DNA of 54,153 nucleotides. It comes from a virus (lineage: Duplodnaviria; Caudoviricetes). Shown piece after piece: positions 48,827 through 54,153 of this stretch. Made by a program: the position numbers and the translations under genes. The notes under the pieces were generated by a model. It did no database searches. It saw only the letters and a program-made list of their open reading frames with translations, and was not told the DNA's origin. The stretch's first letter is position 1. Every line of letters starts with the position of its first letter. The DNA is taken from positions 1-54,153 of the IMG/VR virus record IMGVR_UViG_3300009181_000094, one strand, 5' to 3'.

Positions 48827-49533
48827 CTGATTGTGCATGTGTGATTCACGGCACCGGGTATGATTGGGTATATGTGGAAAAGCTCTACAACATGTTGTTA
48901 CGTCACTTGCAAAATGGCATACGATTTCATGTATACACTGAATCCACAAGGCCTGTGCCACCTCACATGACCAAACACGAGCTGACAGAATGGCCTGGAA
49001 TCACTGGCCCAAAACGATCATGGTGGTATAAGATGCAGTTGTTCAACGCTGAACATCATGCAGGCAACCTGTTGTATTTTGATCTTGACTGTGTGATTGT
49101 CAACGACCTACAATGGCTTGTGGATTTGCCCACCCAGAATTTTTGGACCATACGCGACTTCAGATATCTGCAACGGCAAGGTCATTCCGGAATGAATTCT
49201 AGTGTGATGTGGTGGAACACTGAACAGTTTGCACATGTTTGGGAAAACTTTGCCCAGCTGGACATTGATCAAACAGTGCGGCGCTATCCTGGAGACCAAG
49301 ACTACCTGGGTGCGGTAATTGAGCCAACAGTGTGCAGATACTTTGATCAGTCCCAGTTACAAAGCTGGCGCTGGCAAGTGGCCGAAGGTGGATATGATTT
49401 TGCTTCTCGCAAACCACGAAAGCCAGGCACACCAGCACAAATTGATCCTGCTGCCAGCATACTGGTATTTCACGGCCGTCCCAAGCCACATGAATGTGTC
49501 ACTGACCCTGTAATACAGAGATTTTGGCAGTAA
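48790..49533 (+). CDS. Glycosyltransferase (GT-A)
   Basis: YVEKLYNM, WWYKMQLF, YFDLD (DxD), NSSVM, GDQDY, VFHGRPKPH. Confidence 0.8.
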   Translation: MAKKNRAHTDTVTDCACVIHGTGYDWVYVEKLYNMLLRHLQNGIRFHVYTESTRPVPPHMTKHELTEWPGITGPKRSWWYKMQLFNAEHHAGNLLYFDLDCVIVNDLQWLVDLPTQNFWTIRDFRYLQRQGHSGMNSSVMWWNTEQFAHVWENFAQLDIDQTVRRYPGDQDYLGAVIEPTVCRYFDQSQLQSWRWQVAEGGYDFASRKPRKPGTPAQIDPAASILVFHGRPKPHECVTDPVIQRFWQ

Positions 49534-49576
49534 TACTTAGGTATTACTTGACCAATAATTCCCAATTTGCTATAAT
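49529..49576 (+). promoter_or_regulatory. Inverted repeat + early promoter (copy 3)
   Basis: AGTAATAC-TTAG-GTATTACT overlapping TTGACC (49548)-17-TATAAT (49571). Confidence 0.85.
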
Positions 49577-49606
49577 ACGGGCATACCAAGCAAAAAGGAG
49601 CCAGCA

Positions 49607-49816
49607 ATGGGATATCGTGTAGTTGATACCATAGACGTCATGCGTGACAAATACGGCCCTCGCAAGGGACTTGAAGGCCCGTTCAACTTTTCAGGCCGTG
49701 TGTTGTATTACGACAACAAACAGGGTCAATACTACGATCCTACTACTGACTTCTACGTGGAGCAGGCAGAAATGGACGAAATCAACACCCGCTTTTTTGA
49801 ACAGTTTAAAAAGTAA
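49607..49816 (+). CDS. Small early protein (69 aa)
   Basis: AAGGAGCCAGCAATG; GLEGPF...LYYD.K.GQYYDP.TD motif. Confidence 0.8.
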   Translation: MGYRVVDTIDVMRDKYGPRKGLEGPFNFSGRVLYYDNKQGQYYDPTTDFYVEQAEMDEINTRFFEQFKK

Positions 49817-49869
49817 TACTTTTGTAGTATTACTTTTTGGTTGACCAATAATCCCCAAAATGCTATAAT
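49808..49869 (+). promoter_or_regulatory. Inverted repeat + early promoter (copy 4)
   Basis: 13-bp perfect IR AAAAAGTAATACT-TTTGT-AGTATTACTTTTT, then TTGACC (49841)-17-TATAAT (49864). Confidence 0.85.
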
Positions 49870-49898
49870 AATGGCATACAAAGCAAAAAGGAGCCACT

Positions 49899-50081
49899 AT
49901 GCAGATCACCACAGCAATCAAACAAATTCAAAAAGAAGCAGACTTCCTGGGCATGCCACTGCTGGAAACCTTGCAAGACATTCAGAAAAACGGTCGCATG
50001 GTATACAGTGAGCGCACAATGGAAGCGTTTGTTGTTTTTATGCAACAAGGTCAAGCATTGTTTGCCCCGGTTGACCAATAA
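49899..50081 (+). CDS. Small early protein (60 aa)
   Basis: AAGGAGCCACTATG; its stop codon lies inside the next promoter. Confidence 0.75.
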   Translation: MQITTAIKQIQKEADFLGMPLLETLQDIQKNGRMVYSERTMEAFVVFMQQGQALFAPVDQ

Positions 50082-50099
50082 TCCGTCTTTTGCTATAAT
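50071..50099 (+). promoter_or_regulatory. Early sigma70-like promoter (copy 5)
   Basis: TTGACC-AATAATCCGTCTTTTGC-TATAAT. Confidence 0.85.
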
Positions 50100-50142
50100 A
50101 GAGACATAAACAGTAAACAACCGCATTTCAAAGGAGCCAACA

Positions 50143-51171
50143 ATGAGTGCAATTCGTGTAATTAAAGGTGTGTATCGCAACAAACCCGTGCGCAACATCG
50201 CTTTCAATCTTGTGTCAGGCTTTCAATCTGGCGCCAAAGGTAACTTCGTGACAGTAGAAAACAACGGTGCATTTCCCAACTGCCCCGACACCATCCGTAT
50301 CAAAGTCAACAACATTAGCGACATCGAGTATGTCAATGGAGATGCAGTGAGCAAAGAAAATACAGTGGCATTTGCCAAGCCCCCAGTAGAGGCTGAAACA
50401 GAAGATGAAATCATGACACGTATTCGTGAGCGTTTTGACATCTTGCATGAGATGACAAAGGCCTGTGTCAACGGTGACATCCGTGCTATGATTGTGTCAG
50501 GTCCTCCTGGAGTTGGCAAGAGCTTTGGTGTTGAGCAAGAGATTGAAAAGGCCACACTGTTTGACAAGCTGGCAGGCAAGCGCCTTCGTGCCGAAGTTGT
50601 CAAAGGTAGTGCCACTCCCATTGGCTTGTATCAAGCACTTTACAAATACTCAGACGACAACTGTGTGTTGGTGTTTGATGACTGTGACAGCATTCTGCTT
50701 GATGACGTGGCACTGAACTTGCTGAAGGGTGCATTGGACTCCGGCAAGAAGCGCACAATTTCATGGTTGTCAGAGTCCTCAACTCTGCGCCGCGAAGGCA
50801 TCCCGGATCGTTTCGAGTTCAAAGGCTCAGTGATCTTTATTACCAACTTGAAGTTTGATCAGATGAAGAGCCAAAAGTTGCGTGATCACTTGGATGCACT
50901 GCAATCACGCTGTCACTATCTTGACTTGACACTGGACACCATGCGTGACAAAGTGTTGCGTATCAAGCAAATTGCCAAAGACGGTGTGTTGTTTGCAGAC
51001 TATGATTTTGAAGAGTGTGCGCAAGACGAGATCATTGAGTTCATGGAAGCAAATCAAAATCGTTTGCGTGAGATGAGCCTGCGTATGGCATTGAAGATCG
51101 CTGACTTGCGCAAGAGCTTTGCAGGCAACTGGAAGCGACTGGCTGAGACTACATGTATGAAGAGTGCCTAA
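50143..51171 (+). CDS. AAA+ family ATPase (early)
   Basis: GPPGVGKS Walker A, LVFDDCD Walker B, IFITN sensor 1, ALQSR Arg finger. Confidence 0.85.
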   Translation: MSAIRVIKGVYRNKPVRNIAFNLVSGFQSGAKGNFVTVENNGAFPNCPDTIRIKVNNISDIEYVNGDAVSKENTVAFAKPPVEAETEDEIMTRIRERFDILHEMTKACVNGDIRAMIVSGPPGVGKSFGVEQEIEKATLFDKLAGKRLRAEVVKGSATPIGLYQALYKYSDDNCVLVFDDCDSILLDDVALNLLKGALDSGKKRTISWLSESSTLRREGIPDRFEFKGSVIFITNLKFDQMKSQKLRDHLDALQSRCHYLDLTLDTMRDKVLRIKQIAKDGVLFADYDFEECAQDEIIEFMEANQNRLREMSLRMALKIADLRKSFAGNWKRLAETTCMKSA

Positions 51172-51172
51172 T

Positions 51173-51313
51173 ATGATAATTATAAATTTGCTTTTTGTGT
51201 TTGTCAGTGGATACTTTGCTGTGCAATGCTTTCAAGAGGGCAATAAATTTTGGGGCTGGTTCAACGTGTTTGCTAGTGCCATGAATGCGGCAGCCTTTTT
51301 GTTGTATATCTAA
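51173..51313 (+). CDS. Small membrane protein (46 aa), not in the ORF track
   Basis: MIIINLLFVFVSGYFAVQCFQEGNKFWGWFNVFASAMNAAAFLLYI; starts 1 nt after the ATPase stop. Confidence 0.55.
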   Translation: MIIINLLFVFVSGYFAVQCFQEGNKFWGWFNVFASAMNAAAFLLYI

Positions 51314-51314
51314 C

Positions 51315-51404
51315 ATGGCTTGGCTTGCTGTGCTACTGTTAGTGTTTGTAGGCCACCCTGTGTTAGCATTGATATTGGCATTTTTGATTTTGATGTCTGA
51401 ATAA
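51315..51404 (+). CDS. Small hydrophobic peptide (29 aa), not in the ORF track
   Basis: MAWLAVLLLVFVGHPVLALILAFLILMSE; starts 1 nt after the previous stop. Confidence 0.5.
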   Translation: MAWLAVLLLVFVGHPVLALILAFLILMSE

Positions 51405-51411
51405 TAGTTTT

Positions 51412-51442
51412 ACCCTGGGGATTGGTTGGCTCCGCCCCGGGT
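51412..51442 (+). ncRNA. Candidate regulatory RNA hairpin with an anti-leader loop
   Basis: Stem ACCC(T)GGGG/CCCCGGGT; loop ATTGGTTGGCTCCG is complementary to the GGAGCCAACAAT early leaders. Confidence 0.45.
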
Positions 51443-51448
51443 TTTTAC

Positions 51449-51475
51449 AACAGGCTCTTCGGAGCCTGTTTTTTT
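51449..51475 (+). terminator. Intrinsic terminator (UUCG tetraloop)
   Basis: AACAGGCTC-TTCG-GAGCCTGTT-TTTTT. Confidence 0.9.
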
Positions 51476-51502
51476 GACTTCTTGTAGCGATAAGTATATA
51501 CT
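51474..51502 (+). promoter_or_regulatory. Sigma70-like promoter, probably leaderless transcript
   Basis: TTGACT-17-TATACT, 5 nt before ATG 51508; a TAAGTA late-like variant lies in the spacer. Confidence 0.65.
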
Positions 51503-51507
51503 GTTAC

Positions 51508-52335
51508 ATGATCAAAGTTTATTTTCCTCGAGGTTGTTACGGCACTTACCTTGCACAGTGCATTTACAATTATACCAATTTAAGAACTGAACCGTTTGAA
51601 GGATTAGCATTAAACAATGACGGAAGCAGTCATCAATTTTGGTTGAGAAGTGAAGAGCTGGCATCAACAATAAGGCACGGCCACATTGATGCGCCATACT
51701 TGAATGTCAATGCAGATCATACAATAGTTGTCCTCCCTTGTCAAGAACACAGACTGGACTACTACGACAACCATTTTTTTAAAACAGAAAAAGAACAGTT
51801 GATCAATTATATTTTGATGCAAATGCCTGAACAAGAAGTCATCCACAAACTCAAAACGCATTGGGGTTACACAGGTAAATTTGACAGCACTGTTCCTAGA
51901 TGGATACTGAGAGAATGGTGTTCTTTTTGGATCAATGATGTTCTTGATCTAACATGTGATGCAACGTCATACACCAAAATAGATTCCACAATAAAAATAT
52001 CAACGCAAGACATAGTTGAAAATTGGAAAGAATCATTTATTCAATTGGTCTCAGCACTGCGGCTCAATCTCACAGTGGATGTTGATGTAATAGAAAAACA
52101 ACATGAGCAATTTCTAGCACTACAAAAATTTCATAATATTCAACTCAGGTGTGAACAATTTGCAACCAATCTAATCAACGGTGTCAACAGCAACATAGCA
52201 TTGCATAGCATTTTTGATGAAGCATACATTCAGCACTTCCTGCGACTGCACAATATTGAATTACAGTGTCACGGACTTGATGTGTTTCCAAACACCACGC
52301 AACAACTTAGAAACATGACTTATGCATCACAGTAA
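51508..52335 (+). CDS. Hypothetical protein (275 aa)
   Basis: Long ORF; N-terminal FPRGCYGTYL is weakly P-loop/sulfotransferase-like; no confident function. Confidence 0.65.
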   Translation: MIKVYFPRGCYGTYLAQCIYNYTNLRTEPFEGLALNNDGSSHQFWLRSEELASTIRHGHIDAPYLNVNADHTIVVLPCQEHRLDYYDNHFFKTEKEQLINYILMQMPEQEVIHKLKTHWGYTGKFDSTVPRWILREWCSFWINDVLDLTCDATSYTKIDSTIKISTQDIVENWKESFIQLVSALRLNLTVDVDVIEKQHEQFLALQKFHNIQLRCEQFATNLINGVNSNIALHSIFDEAYIQHFLRLHNIELQCHGLDVFPNTTQQLRNMTYASQ

Positions 52336-53473
52336 AATATTTTGTAATGCACCATTTACTAATGTGCGTATTGAAAGTCAGTCAGATCGAAATGTTATTT
52401 TCAAACCATGCTGTGTGTATCAAGAGCAGGCACCAATTCCTACTTTAAATGATTTTTTTGTTGGCAAGGAAATGAAAGATCTTCGGCACAACATGCTGGC
52501 GGGCGCAGTGCCAGATGTGGGGTGTGTCAACTGTTCTGTTCCTGAAAGCATGGGATTGACCAGCATAAGAAAACAACTGTTGAATCAGCCCTGGGCCAGT
52601 GCAGACAACAAGACCTATACGTTGGAAATATTCTTTGGTAACACTTGCAATTTAGGATGCGCCATGTGTTCGGCTGAAGTCAGCAGTTATGCAGCCGAGG
52701 AACGATACCAAGCAGGCATCATGCCCATCCGACCTTTGATTGCAGACAATGTTCAAATAGCATTGGACACCATTGACCAGCTGCCAGATTTGAAGAGTGT
52801 GACGTTCATTGGGGGCGAATTCTTTTTGGTCAAGCGCAACATTGAAATCCTTGACAAGATCATACAAAGAAATATACAATGTGTTATAGCTACCAACGCC
52901 ACCGTGCTCACCGAACCATTGCTACACAAACTGGAACAAATTCAAGACTTGGAAATAGGAATCAGTGTTGATGGTGTCAAAGATGTTTACAACTTTGTGC
53001 GATATCCTGGCAACTGGGACACACTAAATCGCAACATTGACACACTAAAGCAACGCATTCCTTGGGCTGACTATAGTGTTCGTGCGGTGGCACAACCTTT
53101 GAACATTCAAAATTTTCACGAACTGTTTGAATGGGCAAACAAAAAAATGCTACCGTTCCACTATCAAGTATTGGTAACTCCTGAACACTTGACTTGGAAA
53201 ATTTTAACACCAGAAGAGAAACACGGTCTGGTAGAACTATTGAAGACAAAACAATCTGCTGAATATAAAATTACCAGCAAACAAAAAAGCACCATTGAAG
53301 ATTTCATCAATGGCATTGTGCAAGACAACTATGATGCACAGTTGAGAACACAAGGAGTTGAATACTTGTCCAAGCTGTTTGCACATAGAAAAATTTCCAA
53401 CGATGCAATATTAAAACAGTTTGGAATATTAACAGACTTGGCCAATGAAATAATTACTGCAATGAAAGCATGA
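52322..53473 (+). CDS. Radical SAM protein with N-terminal SPASM/twitch-like domain
   Basis: CNAPF...PCC...CVNC, CNLGCAMC, GGEF, TNAT, SVDG...VRYP; same layout as 29869..31044. Confidence 0.85.
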   Translation: MHHSKIFCNAPFTNVRIESQSDRNVIFKPCCVYQEQAPIPTLNDFFVGKEMKDLRHNMLAGAVPDVGCVNCSVPESMGLTSIRKQLLNQPWASADNKTYTLEIFFGNTCNLGCAMCSAEVSSYAAEERYQAGIMPIRPLIADNVQIALDTIDQLPDLKSVTFIGGEFFLVKRNIEILDKIIQRNIQCVIATNATVLTEPLLHKLEQIQDLEIGISVDGVKDVYNFVRYPGNWDTLNRNIDTLKQRIPWADYSVRAVAQPLNIQNFHELFEWANKKMLPFHYQVLVTPEHLTWKILTPEEKHGLVELLKTKQSAEYKITSKQKSTIEDFINGIVQDNYDAQLRTQGVEYLSKLFAHRKISNDAILKQFGILTDLANEIITAMKA

Positions 53474-53474
53474 T

Positions 53475-54153
53475 GTGAGAGCAACAATAGTAATCAAAGA
53501 CGAAGTAAACATCAAGATCGAAGGCCTGGACTTGGATGCTCGCAAGGCCTTGGTCAATGCGTTCAAATATGAAAACCCTGCCGCACGTTATTTGCCAGCA
53601 GTGAGACTGGGACGTTGGGATGGCAAGGTAGCATACTTCCAACTGGGTGGGTCAACTTATGTGAACCTGTTGCCGGAGATTGTGCCCATATTGGAACGAT
53701 TAAACTATGACATTGAACTGGATGACCAACGTGACTATTCGAACACATTCAACTTTGAACAGATAACCGAAACAAGTTTTGAACATGTGAAGTGGCCCAA
53801 GGGTCATCCGGCTGCAGGTCAGCCCATAATGATGCGTGACTACCAAGTAGAGATCGTGAACAATTTCTTGGCCAATCCACAGTGCATACAGGAAGTGGCC
53901 ACCGGCGCAGGTAAAACAATCATGACAGCAGCCTTGAGCAATGCCATTGCACCCTATGGACGCAGTATTGTTATTGTGCCCAACAAGAGCTTGGTTACGC
54001 AGACCGAAGCAGACTACAAGAACATGGAACAAGATGTCGGTGTGTATTTTGGTGATCGTAAAGAATATGGGCGTCAACATACTATATGCACATGGCAAAG
54101 TCGAAACAACCTGCTCAAGAACACCAAGGCAGGAGTAGGCGACTGCACCATTG
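53475..54153 (+). CDS. uvsW: SF2 DNA helicase UvsW-like (runs off window end; absent from the ORF track)
   Basis: GTG start; reads MRATIVIKDEV...RLGRWDGK...MRDYQ...ATGAGKT...IVPNKSLVTQT...TWQS with no stop before the window end. Confidence 0.9.
   Translation, partial: MRATIVIKDEVNIKIEGLDLDARKALVNAFKYENPAARYLPAVRLGRWDGKVAYFQLGGSTYVNLLPEIVPILERLNYDIELDDQRDYSNTFNFEQITETSFEHVKWPKGHPAAGQPIMMRDYQVEIVNNFLANPQCIQEVATGAGKTIMTAALSNAIAPYGRSIVIVPNKSLVTQTEADYKNMEQDVGVYFGDRKEYGRQHTICTWQSRNNLLKNTKAGVGDCTI

Noticed and set aside
49529-50145. CRISPR array or integron attC array
   Set aside because: The repeats are promoter/RBS elements separated by whole genes. There are no constant-length spacers, and no cas or integrase gene is in the window.
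54095-54115. TWQSR where UvsW-like helicases usually have TWQS(L/I)
   Set aside because: It is a single substitution near the window end, possibly a base-call error, and cannot be interpreted without reads.
1-54153. Alternative genetic code (stop-codon reassignment)
   Set aside because: Genes are long and dense in code 11; TAA, TGA and occasional TAG (9138, 36127) all act as true stops. One internal TAA does not indicate recoding.
1-54153. tRNA or rRNA genes
   Set aside because: Intergenic gaps are short and I saw no cloverleaf or T-loop (GTTCRA) signature in them; tRNAscan-SE would confirm.

Overview
The window is part of a large T4-like (myovirus, Tevenvirinae-related) phage genome in standard genetic code 11; the host cannot be determined from the sequence. 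It contains, in order: Gly/Asn/Thr-rich fiber and virion genes (1-9.1 kb); a Nudix gene and gp15- and gp14-like neck/tail-completion genes on the minus strand; early genes; gp13, an exonuclease, dNMP kinase and an HNH gene; an enlarged tail sheath and a tail tube (frameshifted as given); gp4 and a probable small terminase; probable internal head proteins; a signal-peptide nuclease; the large terminase; gp32-uvsX-uvsY; a ~10 kb glycosyltransferase/methyltransferase island; an array of early promoter cassettes with an AAA ATPase; and the start of uvsW. The most notable signals are: (1) five near-identical early promoter + AAGGAGCC leader cassettes, plus a 3'-UTR hairpin whose loop is antisense to those leaders; (2) in-frame modules bounded by a DNA-level repeat (AAGGYRTGGCGGAAGGC, QGVAEG) inside a head protein; (3) TAAATA late promoters that appear to give leaderless mRNAs; (4) two ATT start codons in the same SD context; (5) a late glycan-synthesis island alongside sequon-rich fibers. 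All product calls come from motif recognition and synteny, not database searches.
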